A stretch of DNA of 59,594 nucleotides, the filler included, from Platydemus manokwari (lineage: Eukaryota), in the NCBI GenBank assembly GCA_037951405.1. It is 5 parts of 5 records of this genome, joined end to end, with 100 filler letters (N's around TTAATTAATTAA, not from the genome) between each part and the next. Parts side by side here need not be neighbours in the genome. Positions count along the whole stretch, not along the records: positions 23,028 to 34,094 come from JBBMOY010932196.1; positions 34,195 to 48,177 come from JBBMOY011555856.1; 3 more parts are not named here. One strand, written 5' to 3'. Below are positions 23,028-37,700 of this stretch, piece after piece (position 1 is the first letter of the stretch; the number at the start of each line of letters is the position of its first letter). Position numbers and translations under genes: made by a program. A model generated the notes under the pieces. It was not told the DNA's origin, made no database searches, and saw only the letters and a list, made by a program, of their open reading frames with translations.

Positions 23028-26000
23028 CTCAAAAATCCAAGAGAAGTAAAATCATAAAAATACATGCAAAATTAAATAAAAATTAATACAATAAAAATTA
23101 ATACACGTTTTATACATATTGGCATGCAAATGTTATACAAATATTTTTCAATGTAAATTAATTGTTTTAAGTAAATAGTTGGGCCAAAACCCCAACAAAT
23201 CTATATTTTCAACACTAAGGAGCCTCCCCTCGTTGACCTTGTTTTTAACGTGTGTATGGGTAAAATTGTAACTTCAATTAAGCTTGATTAAATAAGCCAA
23301 ATTTTCTTAAAAATGTATTTAAATTATATTTCTGAATTACGATTTCGAGCATTTGTAGTCGAATTGAATAAAAAAATATTGACGATCTTAGTTTTTTGAT
23401 TATTGATTTATTTCGATTATAATATTTTAATCCATGTATATACCGGATTTACATCGCACATTAATCGCTAGAAGAGAACTCACAGTAAAATTTGAATAAT
23501 TAAATAATAACCCCAACAAAGTCCAAGAAAAAAATCTATGACAAACAAAGTAAGGTTAGCCTTTGAAAGAAGAAAATAACACAAAGTTGTCGATTATGAA
23601 ACGAATGACAGTTTTTCTAGAAAGTTGACTCCTCATGTACTTTATTTTTGCATGCTTCATTAGTTACGTTTGGGCTTTATACTGGATTTATTTTTAAATA
23701 ATGTTGATTTTAATGTACTTGTTATCACTATAATCTTAACCAGTCTCAATGGATTCACATTAAAACCATATGTAATCTACCTTATTGAGTTTATTTTTCG
23801 CGTCGCATAATTTTATAGAATTTATTATTTCATTTTAAACCAATGTCCTTTGAGCACCTTTATTCCTTCTATTTACTTTTAACATCAGAGTCATCGACTT
23901 TAAACGACGTTGAAACTTCAATTGATTTTTACAAAAATTATTAACCACGATTTATTATTTCTGATACTTATGTTACGTTTGGGCCTTATTGATTTTATTG
24001 CTTAACTAAGTATAATCAAATTTGATACCACTACTGTCTTAATCCGTCTCTATGAGTTCTTGATTAGGGCCACAGGTGTAATTTGCCTTATGTTGATGTT
24101 CCTTCACCTCACACAGCCTTATTGTGTGAAGACAATAGGTGTGGCAGTAGTGATATATTTTAATTAACTTAACTATCAGTCTCAAATTTTATAAAACTAT
24201 AATCATATTTAAAACTATTATCTATGTTGATGCCGATGAAAATATAACAATTTTACAATCCCTAGATGAATGACAACTAGAATTAGCTATTAACAATTAA
24301 CATCAATACAAAAACTGGTTAACAATAATAACATAAAAATTTCAAATGGATTTTAAAATTACACTATAAATCAACTTATACTTATAAAGGACCTGACATT
24401 TCCTGGAAAAAGAACGGTTAACATTCTCCAACTCGAGTAGCAGAACCAATTGCCTTCAAGATTTTTGAGCAGCAAACTCGATATTAGGAAATATAACGAT
24501 ACGATATATAATATGAATCAGTATTTTACAGGAATAGATCTTACTTTGGGTCTTCCAGTAAGATACTGGGCACGATATGATCCCTTATTGTGTTCTAATC
24601 GAATGGTGAAATAATTGTTTTTCCCGTGTATGGTAACTGGTTAACACGTAACGGCAACTTCGAATAATTGTGGTTGTCAAATAATAGCAGTGAAATTGTG
24701 TCCGTGTTAATAGTGAGTGCTGCCTTATATAGGCAGTGTGAATCACTCGCAGATATTCTCTGCGATTAAATCCAATGCCAGGGAATTTATTATTCTATTG
24801 ATAGAATTTATTCACTGATGAGAGAAATTCTCTCTGAATATATTTGTTAGACAGAGAAAATATCTCTCGATTAAATTTAATCAAGTGATTAATGTGATAG
24901 AATTTACATGCGCGAAAATAGATGACGATTTATTTGTCGCTTTAATGCGCAATATCTTATTGTGCATAAATATTTTATAAATTAATTTATTATTTTAAGG
25001 AATTTCGACGGATTTGCTCTTGATGGTTTTATCGATATTATTATTTTATGCATATTTAAATAATAATTATTATAAATATCAATATTTCAAATTGGTTTTT
25101 GCTCAAAAATTCCAATAATTGCCAAAATATAAAAAATACATGGTGATTAAATAAAATTAATACAATAAAAATTAATACACATTTTATACATACCGTCATA
25201 CACAAAAATGTATATAGTGTTCCATATATTTTTTTCCAATATGAATCAATTGTTGTGAATAAATTGTTGGGCCAGAACCCCAACACTTAAATCTAACATT
25301 ATTATTACTACGAATGTGTTTCGGGCTTGTGGTTATCTTTGTTTTAATTAGTTTCAGAATTTTATTATGATTTTCGTTGGGAATCACCGTTATCTTTATC
25401 AGTCTCAAATGAGTTCTAATCAAGCCCTAGATACAATCTATAAAACTTTATTCTTATACTTATGTTCACCTCGCAATCAAAACTATATGCTGATAGAATT
25501 AATTGGCAACAATGATCCAGAGGGGTATTTAATTCTATCAGTAACAATTATTTTATAACTATTTATTACACAATTCTCAATTAATAACTTAACTCCTTCT
25601 ACACTAAAACGTTTATTAAATATATAACAACAAATTAAAAGTTAATGCTACAATATACACCTAATAAAAATGTTGGTTCAACGGCAAAGCTTACAATTTC
25701 CAGACAAATGGCGGTTTTTACCTTCTGCTATTGGATTAAAACCGATTTACCTTCAACAGAGTTTTTTGTGAGCACAGCTCTATAGTCAAATAATAAACGA
25801 TAAGTACGATAAATAATGATCAGTTTTTTATATAACAATCGGAGCTACTACTGTTGATGAGCAAAACTTCTAACTGGCTTTGACTAATAATGGGATTACG
25901 CGCTACGAGCTAATAGGCAAGTTCTGATGTTTCGAACTCCTATTTATACGAAATTTTATTCTGTACGCTTAAACGGTTTATTTTGTTACATAATATTTTG

Positions 26001-27700
26001 TTCCCCATGTATTTCCCACATATTGTTAAACATTTTCCCTTAACTATGGAATTTTTATTATTAAGAATATGCAAAAATATTTAAATATTTTCCTATTTCC
26101 ATTTAAAGATAATTTAATATTATTTCCTTTTTATGCCAATACCAAGTAAATTAAAAATATTGCTAATTAAATATAAATTGTTGATATTATGATGTAACTA
26201 TCATTATTACTATCATTATCACTATTATAACTATCAATATATCGACTTTTAATCAACTGCCTTTTCTCATAAAATATTAATTTCGACAAAAAAATGATAC
26301 CCTTTAAAAATGTATCGAAACACAAAATATATCGATTTGAAATTTAAACGACGTTACTAAAAATACATCGTTTCTTATCGAAATGATACTTTTAGCTTTT
26401 CCACCGTGAATCCAATCGTAACATTTCAGATTTCATAATGTTACATGCATAAAAATTATTTAATTACATTATTCGTTTATAAAATTGTTTGATTACTACT
26501 TTTAACAGATAAAACAGTATTAAAGATTACATTATGCATTTATAAAAATTGTTTAACTATAAATTATTACTTTTATATTATTACACTATACATTTATAAG
26601 AGCTATTTGATTATAAATTACTACAGATAAAACAGTATTATTCGAAACACAAAATATTGTTAAATTGTTTGTTATCAATTTTCAACCTATTGGCCCAGAT
26701 CCCCAACACTACTATATACTATTATAACTACATCACAAATAAAAATTAAAGCAAAAGTCGAAATTAAGTACCAACATTATATTTTTAAACAACAAATTAC
26801 AAAATTGTACAGAAACACCGATACAACAATCCATCTAATATCACGATTTAAGGTAAAGGTTGATTTTGTTCGTATTGATTCCAGAAAATATTAGAATTTA
26901 TAAAACCCTTCATTATATTGCTGCAAAACCATTGCAAGAATGAGAAACAGCTCCGTAAATAGGAATCTTATAGATTTTAAAATATGATTTTATATTGTAA
27001 TTAGAGTATATACATCCAGTCTTCCAATTATGAAACTGGGCATAAACAAGTTCTTCTTCTAGGGCACCGAACAATCTTCTTACTCCTGATATGGAAGTAC
27101 GGAATCACTTAATCGTGGTTGGCTGTAATTACGTCTTAATTGCGTCTCTAATAATTGCGGCCACTGCCTTATAAAAAACATTGATGAGTCAGTCGTAGAA
27201 ATTAGCCAAGATTATTTATATAATACCCTTAATAAATTTTACATGCCATGATTTATTCCGGCAGAGAGAAGTTTTCTGCGATTAAATTTATTATAGTGGA
27301 TAATTTTACCCTGCTCGATTATTCCGAAACTGGCCTCAATATCTATTAGGCACAATTTTATCTGATCGAATTTATTAATGATATTTATTTTAATAGGTGA
27401 TGCCAGATTTTATTAGGCATGAATATTTATTTGTTTTAATAAATAAATTTATGAAGAATTGTTTTAAAGGGCTTTTATTTTAATCGAGTATTCTTGCTGA
27501 AATTGATCCAATTTTGAAATGAACATTACGCAAAAATTTTCCTGAATAATAATAATTGGAACCCAAATTGTTTCATGAAATTTATCGTATAATTTTACAT
27601 ATAATAATTATAATTTTATTGTCCGTAATAAGCTGAATAATTGATCTTAAACAGATAATTTGGTGTCGTGACTTTTCAGTTAGTTTTCAATGCTCCAAAT
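23028..27700 (-). repeat. Cluster of degenerate LTR-like repeats
   Basis: Three ends TTGG(G)CC.GA.CCCCAACA at ~23198, ~25283 and ~26707. 23028-23198 is homologous to ~25100-25283. CTGCCTTATA...CTGCGATTAAAT blocks are shared by ~24720 and ~27165. A related inverted copy lies at ~32200-32870. Confidence 0.55.
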
Positions 27701-28551
27701 TTATAATATAAACTATGTAATGGCATAATATAATTATAATATTATTTAATATGTATTAAGATTAAGGAAATAAGATTATTTTGTAAATAATAATAATTTT
27801 TGTTAAAATGAAATAGTAAAAAAATATCCTAAAAACCATCATCATAAAAAGCAGAAAATCAAGTTCAAACCCGAAAAATCAAATACTGATAGCAGAAATA
27901 TTCTTATATTAGATACTGTTGAAAACATAAAGTTAATTGTTTATGTGACGCCTCAATAAAATTTAAAAAATTAGAATTCATTGATGATTTTAAAAGACTG
28001 CTTCGGAAATACCGAAATAACTTAACTCTGTAATTTATCAATTTTCTTCTGACAGCAGAAATAATATCATGCAATAATATCAAGATTTTTCCCTTCGATC
28101 ATTTACAATCTACAAACACTGATTTTGAAGTGACTTCATTTTAAAGGAACTTTTATGAAAATTTCAACAATATCTCACACAAAAAATCAAATTACGCGCA
28201 AATTGATTACCTGAAAAATAAATTATAACTCTTTGATAACAGTTCTCATTGAGTTACATATCAATTATTGATGATCAGAGAAATAAATTTGATGTTAATA
28301 ATTTATAAATATTAGACCAACTATTTATTGGCACAGCTAAGACTAACAAAAACTGCCAATGATTATTGTGATACATCAAAATATTAATTTTACAGAAAGC
28401 ATATGACGTCAACCAAAGCTTTTGCTAATGGATATGTAGGTCAGTTAGTTATGGTTAAAAGATTTTTTGACAATTAGAGTACCTAAAATTTGGAAATTTT
28501 AAACTTGTCGATCTTCTAATAAAATTATTGATGTAATATTTTTATATTAGA

Positions 28552-28554
<3 letters not shown>

Positions 28555-28581
<27 letters not shown>
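28555..28581. repeat. (TA)n microsatellite
   Basis: Direct observation. Confidence 0.9.
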
Positions 28582-28587
<6 letters not shown>

Positions 28588-29321
28588 AGAGAAAATGTCT
28601 CCAGAGCAAAATATTAACAATAATCATGACTCTAATTATCGTGAATTGAAATAAAGTAATTGCAGATCTTTATAAACAGTTGAAATTTTCCGAACCAGTA
28701 TGGAGAAAGTCATTTCAAAAAATAATACAATATTATCGATCTCCTTGCTAAATGATAATTTCGAAAATCGATATATTACTAAGGTAAAATAAAACTATGA
28801 TATTATATAAATTAATTTCAAAATTAAAACCATATAAGAATATTCAAAATATGATCTGGTAATCGTTGAATTCCAATAAAATAGAATAATACAAGCTAAC
28901 ATACGAAATAGTAAATTAAGAAATAAAATTAACATTCATTGTAAAGAAAGTCAATTAATTATTCAATAGTTTAACTAATCAACTCAAAAGTAGAAAAATT
29001 CCACCAATAGTAGTTACATCGAAAATTACAGCACAAAATTCGTGTGTGTCCACGATAACTCATTATCAATGTATCAACACGTACTAATGATGAAGATTCC
29101 AGTTTGTTTCATCGATTGTTCATTGTCATTGATTTACATACTGAAATATTGTAAATTCACGACTTACGAGCAGAGCGGAGCACACTTTGTTTGATGATCA
29201 AGATTTATTGACGATCAACTAGATATCAGAGTGTTGGTTGTATTTCAACCAATATTTAAAGAGAAAATCATAGCTAAAATATTGCAAGTAGATAAAATTG
29301 AAATTTATGAATTCAAATAAA

Positions 29322-29974
29322 ATGGACAACGATGAAATGGTTGAAATTTTTTTCGAGATCGATTCAAATCGAAATGGTATCATTTCCAAAAAAGAATTGA
29401 ACGAATACTTGAAAAAACGGGACTTCAGCTCGAAAGATATTGAAGTCAGATGATTAACTATTATAAATTTATAAATGTGATTTCGATTATTTTTAGGATT
29501 TTATGGATATTTATAATGAATCTGGAGATGAAATTTCGTTTGAAGAATATTGCATGAAACTTGGAGAGGACATTGATAAATAGTAAGTGTCGTTGTTTCG
29601 AAACTATCATGAATCATTTCCATTTCTAACTCAGCGATTATCCGATGTTCCATCAGAATGATGTTGAAATTATCAGCTCGAAAATGAATAATTTTCATCG
29701 AGAATGGATTGTTATGAATATTATTCGCAGAGCTGACTTAAAATGTAAAGATAACAAAGTAGATCATTATAATTTGAACGATATGGTTATTAATTTATTG
29801 TAGGATATTGCTAAATATGTAAAGAAAGCTATGGACTTACAAATGGATCCGTTGTGGCATTGTGTTATCGTTAGAGGTCAATATTGGGCTTTCTATTCCC
29901 ACGAACCGGACAATAGCATTGTTCTGAAGTTTAAAAACAATATCTTCATTATATTCAAAACACCAAATAATTAG
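29322..29974 (+). CDS. Tegumental allergen-like (TAL) protein: EF-hands + dynein light chain-like domain, 167 aa, 4 exons (29322-29444, 29497-29582, 29635-29758, 29804-29974)
   Basis: GT-AG introns of 52/52/45 nt; spliced length 504 nt. EF loop DSNRNGIISKKE; C-terminal DIAKYVKKAMD...LWHCVIVRGQYWAFYSHEPDNSIVLKF...IIFKTP, typical of the TAL DLC domain. AATAAA ~35 nt after the stop. Missed by the ORF track. Confidence 0.93.
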
Positions 29975-32900
29975 TGCTATCACTACAAAACATTATAAAC
30001 CTATTCAATAAATTGTTCCAATTATTTTATCACTATCTAGTGCGTTGTTGAAATTTTATTATTAAATAAACTAACTTAAGCATATATCTCTTTATTTCTT
30101 GCTGGTTTGAACTCTAATATACACTATTTTACCTGCGATTATAGATTGTTAGCTTGATATTTAATATTTACTACTTTTATGAAAACAAATATCGCATAAC
30201 AATTTAAAAATCATTGCTGAGATAAATCTTAGACGGTTATCGTGAAGATCTGAATATTAATGAAAATCTTCGATCTCTACATAAGTCTACAAATTTTATT
30301 TCTAACATTTTATTCATATCTACACATTTTATCTCTTAATTTAAAAATCGATAAATATAAATAAACATCTTAGGTAAATTTATTTGTAAATAAGTTTGAT
30401 ATAAGTGTTTCAATAAAATTATGGGAAAATATTCTTTTCTTGATAATTAATTGAAAGTCATTAAACACAATAAATATAAATCTAAGTATAGTGAATAAAT
30501 GATTTTACACTGTTTTCATTCTCATCGGAATTCTGTATGATGATCATAATATTATGAAGAGTTCTGGTGTAGTTTGGAAGACTTATTATATTCTGTGAGA
30601 GGATTTTCGATATTTTATAGTTTTAAACTATTTAAATAAAATTAACGATTAAAATTATCTTTAAATAATTTGTTTTAATATTATGGTTAAATGTATTTCA
30701 TGGGTTCAAATTTTAAAATTATTTTCGATTCGTTTTGAATGAAATTATAACAAATGGCATTTTGAATTCCAGAAATTACCTGAAAACAAAACTTTATATA
30801 AATCAGATATTTAAAGTTATTTTTAGAATTGTGACTGTTAAATTTGAAAAATTTTCAGTTTCCGGGATTATTACAATAAGACTTTATGGCAAATAAATGA
30901 CACATTTAATTTGAGTAAACATTAGTGTGGTAAGTAGTTGATTACTCAGCTCAGCAAAAAATCGATATAAATAATCAAGGCCATCACAGAATGTTGTATT
31001 CTATCCAATATTTAAACAAACACGCACATACATTTACTTGTTTGTTACATTTTAGAAATATTCATGATTTACCTGACTGCTACCTGCGTGCACCCTCATA
31101 GCCAATGAACAAACTTTTATTACGATCGATTAAAAAATGGGTAAAAATGCCATCGTCAAATTTATAATCAAATTTATTCAAAAGCGAATAAAACAAATTT
31201 TGGTAATTTATGATGATCAATTCTCGCTTATAAAGAAATTCTTAAAGTACAGTAAAGGATCTCTTATTTAAACATTGCTTTCAAAAAAAATTTAAAAATA
31301 AGGAAATGTAGTCTATTATAAATATTAAAAAAAGAAGCATCTGAAAACAAAATTGTAAAAACAAAGTTATTATTGTTTTAAATCAATCTATAACCCATTG
31401 TTTCACAAGATTTTAAAAATATCAACATCCCAATTGAATAACTCAAAATAAATCATAAAATAACTCAAATATCTACTCAATCTTTTATCTTGGAAAATTT
31501 CACGAAAATAAACTTCTACCAATCTTTTATACTTATCTGATATTACTCAATCAATATTCCGTTGGTTATTTCATTTTTAATATTTTTTTAATGGTGTTTT
31601 TTCGTTTGATTTCAAAAAATTATGGACTTGGCGACAAAAGCAAAATATATTGACACATGGCAATAAATTGAGTAACGGCGATAAATCCAGTTTTGATTCC
31701 ATTTAATTATTTTATTTACAAAATGTTTGACTCATGCAGATCTTATAAAAATTTTGAAATTAATTTAGTTTCATGTTGTGTATAACTTTGTGTGAACTTC
31801 AAAAACAAAGCACAAAGTGAAATCAAATAAGTGTATAAATTGATGTTAATTCATCAAAAGATAGTTTATAGCTGCCCTAAAAACTGGACATAAGTTATTT
31901 TGTTGAGAAATTTATCGCTTCAAATGAATGAAACATTTCACATATTTGAAAAGATTTCATAAATTTTCCATGAAAATGTTTTGTTAACTGTAAGATCTAG
32001 GAGGCATCTTGAACCTATTGTTCTCGGAATAATATTTGGTGATTATGTACTTGTATAAATATTCTGTCAGATTTATTTTAAAATAGATTTAAGAGAGTTT
32101 CAATTAAAAATTTTATAAAAAGTACATTTTAATGGTGGATTTGAATAATATATAAATGATGTCAAGGAAATAATTGTGACAACAGTGATCCGAATTTCCT
32201 ATTGTTATTATAATCAATCTCAAAGTTTCTCTCCTTTTCTTTACTATTAAACTTGCTGGCATAAAATGATTTTATAAATTGAGTCTAAACTGAATATTTT
32301 GGTAAGAACCGTTGTAAGAAACCATACGAAGATAGCCAAATTTGCTCGACGATAGTATATGCCGTTTAAGCCAAACTTTTGAATCTGCCATTGTCAATAA
32401 ATGTAAGTCGGATCTTATCTAAACAACAGATATCTATTATAGCAGATATCGTGTAGTATCTTAATATAGACCTTTGCTCTCGAAAAACTCTGAAAGTATT
32501 TGGTTTTACTCCCAAAGTTGAGGATATTAACCGTCTCTAAATCTGGAAGTTGTTAGGAATACTATTTTCTGTAAATTTTATTAAGTGTATATTGTATTGA
32601 TAAAATCATTGTAATTGCTAGTTATAGTAATAAATATTTAGCGTTATCATATCTGATTCATTGATTGGCGTTATGTCAAATATCAAGGATAGAATAGGCG
32701 TTGAGGCTAATATCAATAAGGACAGTTTTTGAATCATTGTTGCCAATCATACTATCTTCATACAGTATTGATTGCGAGGTGAATAAAATAGTTTTTGTAA
32801 GGTCTGTAGATTGTACAATGAACCTTATTAGGACTCATAGAGACTGATCAAGACAACATTGATACACAATAAATTAGTATTATTTTGAGAGTGATTAATA

Positions 32901-34094
32901 TAAATCATCACAAGCCTGAAACACATCAGAATTATATAAGAAAATGAATATAATTTTATATAAAATCTGAATTAAATCTTTAAAAATTTAAATCATCTAA
33001 TGGTATCTATTAAACCTATTTCGGGAATATAATTCCTTAACTGAGTAGCTTTTGTTCCGAAATTATGATGTATAAAGGTATATAATAATGATTTGTGTTG
33101 CAATTTTAGATTGTTAAGGACATGATAACCTTAGCTTCTGGGCATTATAACTTAGATATTCTTTAAAGTTGGTTTGATTTTTTGAAAATTTGTTAATTAC
33201 AGCCCGATATAGCTGTACAGTAGCGCTCTTATGGTAAAATTTTAATCCAATAAAATCGAAATATTTTGATGTTGTATCGAAGTGTATATTTCTGCATAAT
33301 ACGTGCATATTTAGCCAGTCCAAGATCGGCGCAGATGTTACTTATCATATTAATTGAATTAATTAATATCATTAGTACCCGAATAATATTATGTGGCTCT
33401 TTGGAATATATGAAAACCAACATGTGAATATGATTAAGCTTCCTTTTTGTAAATCTATGACAATAAATTGTCGGACTGCACACACATTTGCATAATAGTT
33501 TAATGTGTGTACGTGTTTTTGAGTGATAGTGTTCATACATCTGGTAATATCATCTGATTGAATATTAATATTCGCTTAATGTCACTGAATAAGTTTAAAA
33601 GTTAGTTCGTTTGAATGACTAAATATCAAATAACAAATCAAATTCGATAAATTTGTTTGCGAAGCTGTTTCATATACAAAATATCCATCAACTTTTTTTG
33701 CAAAACAAGTTCTAATTTGACTGACTTGTTATGTTGTGGTCATGAAAATTATTAATTTCCAGAAAAATCGTGATATAAAAAGTATCATATGATCAATCGA
33801 TAAAATTGGCTCATAAATTCAATTTAAAAATATCGAAACAAAATAATATATTCAATATTTTTTCTTGGAATTCAATTTTCAGAATACCATAAAGCCATGG
33901 AAATAAGTAAAAACAAATTAAAAAATTCAAAATTATTCCAAAAAATTATTCATGTCTACGGAACTGGAATACATAATTGGATTAGATTGATAGATTAAAT
34001 CAAAATATATTTTTATTCAATCCAGTCACAAATCAATATTTTTTCTATTAAGATTATTCTAAACATATAAGTTTGATTTCATTTTTACTAGATA

Positions 34095-34194
34095 NNNNNN
34101 NNNNNNNNNNNNNNNNNNNNNNNNNNNNNNNNNNNNNNTTAATTAATTAANNNNNNNNNNNNNNNNNNNNNNNNNNNNNNNNNNNNNNNNNNNN
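34095..34194. other. Assembly gap linker
   Basis: N-TTAATTAATTAA-N. Confidence 0.98.
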
Positions 34195-34599
34195 TCTAGG
34201 ACGGATTCTGAATAATCGTTTTAAATTATTATTTTCTATTTCCCTATTGGATATTGGAATTATTTTTCAAATCCGCCTAGATTAATAATTTTAATTTTAT
34301 TATTCACTCGTATTATTCATAATTATTTTCCTTTTTCTCCTACATTTAAAATTACAATTTTTGCCCACAACGCCCACATTTTAATTAATTTATTTTTTAT
34401 CCATATTTATTATTATTATTATCCCATAAAATAATCTTTTAATATTATTATAATAATATTTATTGTTGATATATCATATAAATTGAATTTTACAATTGAA
34501 TTTCACAATTTTTTATTCTTTTATACACAAAAATACAATATATTCATAAAGTGATAAAATTCATGCAAAGATCAGAATAAAGTCAAAAACTTCATAAAA

Positions 34600-37500
34600 T
34601 ACATCAGAATAGTCATTTCTATTTACAGTTTCACTCATCGATATCCACTTTCCACTGCAAACTCCGATAGGAGGAAGTTGATTGGGGCGACTTGATCTTC
34701 TGATATAGGGAAGATGATCCAGTTGATCCAGTTGTTGATTCCTTTTTGGTTATTGTTGATCCAGTTGTTGATTCCTTTTTGGTTATTGATTCCTCGTTGT
34801 GCACTCTGTAACAGTTGAATAAAAGATTGGAGATTGGGTAGCCCCGTCGGAGCCCTCTATCAATTTTAATTGGTTTCCTTTCATAATCTTTCCACATTTA
34901 AGAGAAGTTTAGCAGTCTCTGTAGAGACTTCTTATGATTCTCATGGCAGTTTCAGTCAATCGCATATGTTCAAGGATTGTGAACATCGCTTCAAGATCTA
35001 ATGAAGAAAAGGCTTCTTCGATGTCTAAGAATCCGATATGAAGATTATCGATATTTTTCATGCTGTGTTCTTCTATAATGGCTCGAAGTAAAAAGTTGTG
35101 TTTGGCACATCCGTCATTAGGGCCTAGGCTCTTCTGGAGTGGATGTATTAAGTTGTTTTCATCAATCCAATTTTTCAGTTGTTTGTATATAATAATTGTG
35201 AAGGTTTTATAGCTACAGTCGAGCAAAGCAATAGGGGGCCAAGAGTTGACTTGATGGTACTGACCTTCTTTCATGGGTTTTGGTATCATCAATGTTGTAT
35301 ATGTTTTCCATTCCTTTGGTATTTCTTGGTTATCTAGGCATTTTTTGAAAATCTTGTGTATGATTTTTGTCTCTGGGTCTGCATATAGAATATCTTTATA
35401 ATTGATCTTGTTTTTTCCCTGAGCACTTGGGTCCTTTTTGCAAAGGATTGTATAAATTGTTTCTGGTTCAATTATGCTGAAGTCAAAATGTTAGCCCCCT
35501 TTAGTAACTTTCTTTAGTAAATAATTTTTTTTACATGCTTACGTACGCGATCCTTCACAATCAGGAAGATCTGCTTTTTGCTTCTGCTTTTCTTTGAAAT
35601 GTTTTTCGAAGTCTTCTTGAATAGGTCGACAGTCAACTTTTGTGTATTGTGTGACTAATTCAAAGTCAACAGATGGGGCGTGGTTAAACAGTCTCCTTTA
35701 TTTTAGGTCAGTTTCACCTATTTTTTCATCATTAGTTCTACCCAAGTATGTGTTACTTGGTGAATTAATTGTGCAGAAACAGCGAATAAATTCACCGAAT
35801 TTGCTAAACATTTTATCTATTGTTTCATTTGTAAAGTTGTTGGCCACTCCTTCTGCTAATGATTTCCTGATTTCAAATGGATCTTTTGTGCAATTGTCAG
35901 GAATGCAGATTAGTTGTTCCCCTCTCTTGACCTTCCATTCATGCTCGAGGATGGCCTTCTTTACTTTTTTTTTATTGTCTTTATATTTATTCTCATCATT
36001 TGGAAATTATGGCTGATGTTCAACACAAACCCTAATACCAGAGGCCCGATTTCTCCAAAATTGCACTATATCAGTCTGAGTTTTGTAGGCTCAATTTCTT
36101 TCATACCTTCTTTGTTCCACATCATTATGAGAATATTTCTATTTATATTACCGAGTAATTTTTTTTTCATCATCTGTATCATCACCTCTAGGGTCCAACA
36201 ATTTAATTGATTTTTCTGCTATAAATATTATCACTAGAATGCAGCGTTTTCTGTATTCTGCCATGAGCTTGTCCTTCATTTTATCTTTTTCTAATTCAAA
36301 TCTTCTGATGAGTTGGAGAACATCAGACCTATTTTTCTGTGAAAGGAACGTAGAACTTATTCAATACTATCGCATTATCAATTCTCAATGATGATAGAGG
36401 AGATGCTGCCGTATTGATTTTAAGGTAAGTTTCAGTGGAATGTGAGTTCGATTCACTCTCCAGGTCTATGGTAAGCACCTCTGTTTGGGCAGCTGAGCTA
36501 ATCATTTCGAAGTTCGTCTCTTTAGCTTGTATTCTAGTTGCTTACATTTGTGTTGAGGATGTCCAAGTTCACGTGATTTGTGGTTGCTATATCGAGATCA
36601 ACTTCGTTCAATTGCTTGGCTATAGGATTAGCAATGTTTTCCGTGCCATTGCCAAGATCAATTATATTGTATGAGTTTTGATAGTCCAGGTTACTTCATT
36701 TATCATCATTCAATGTATTAGTTGGCCGAAATATATCTTTTAGAGTTTCCATGATTTTATCAGTAACATTATCTTCTACTCCATAATTACGAAGATTATT
36801 TTTGAATTGCAATAGTCCATCGTTATTCTTTAATGCTGGGATATTATTATGGTTACAGATGGGACCCTTAGTATTTGTTTTCATGTTCGTTAGCTTCACT
36901 CTGCTGTCTTTTTCCCTTTCTCCAAAGATTTTTCTGAATTTATCTAAAGTTGTTTTGAGATGCGGTTCATCTTTTAGAGATCCTATGTCAATGTTAAGAG
37001 ACCATGACTTGTCGGAGTTAAAAGAAGCAGAAATAAGGAGTCTCCGTTTTCCTTGGAATGAATTTCATTTTTTTCTTTCATTTTTCTTGTAGGGTTCTTG
37101 TTTGAATTCATGTTCTAGATGTTATCACTTGATTTCCGTATGCTCGAAATTTTTTTACTATAACCATCCTTCCAGTTCACATATTTTACAACATTTGAAT
37201 AAGATGGTCTTGTATTGAAGTGGTATTTTCAATCCGTATTTTCAATCAGGTAATTCGCTAAGAATTTCTCCAAAACTATGGCCAACTGATTTATTTGTTT
37301 GCGCCCATTCAGCGTACTATTTCGTTCAGCTTCGAAGCTAGGGGGTTGTGATCTTCTGTTAGCATTTCTCTTTGGACTGTGGTCATTGTAAGGCTGGCTA
37401 ACATTTTTTGAGTGCTCGTCATAATTATCTAACCTTTCGAGTTGTCTTCTTTGTCGAGTAAATTTAGGTTTTTCTCTGGTCATTTGTTTAGTAGATTTTG

Positions 37501-37700
37501 AACACTTCTTGTTAGTGTTACTCCTGGGTCTGAGTTCATAAATAGGCTTGTCATCCTTGTAGGAATACTCGCCATAATCATCTTTAATGTTAGATGACAA
37601 AATATTTTCTAATGCATTGACCAATTGAGAAAGCATTATAAATTTAATATTTATTAGCTTCGCGGAAAATCGCAATTGAAACGGTTTCTAAGTCTAGATT
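34600..37700 (-). mobile_element. Degraded non-LTR retrotransposon, RLE-type (NeSL/R2-like) with reverse transcriptase
   Basis: IPKP...WPPIALLDCSYKTF...WIDENNLIHPLQK...DGCAKHNFLL...IGFLDIEEAFSS and RGLRRGYPISNLLFN (RT motifs up to the QG region). Upstream fragments 36696-37675 include a degenerate CKIC..H. The distal RT and endonuclease are deleted. Confidence 0.88.

Noticed and set aside
27800-29100. Coding-like A-rich sequence upstream of the TAL gene
   Set aside because: No sustained reading frame or recognisable motif.
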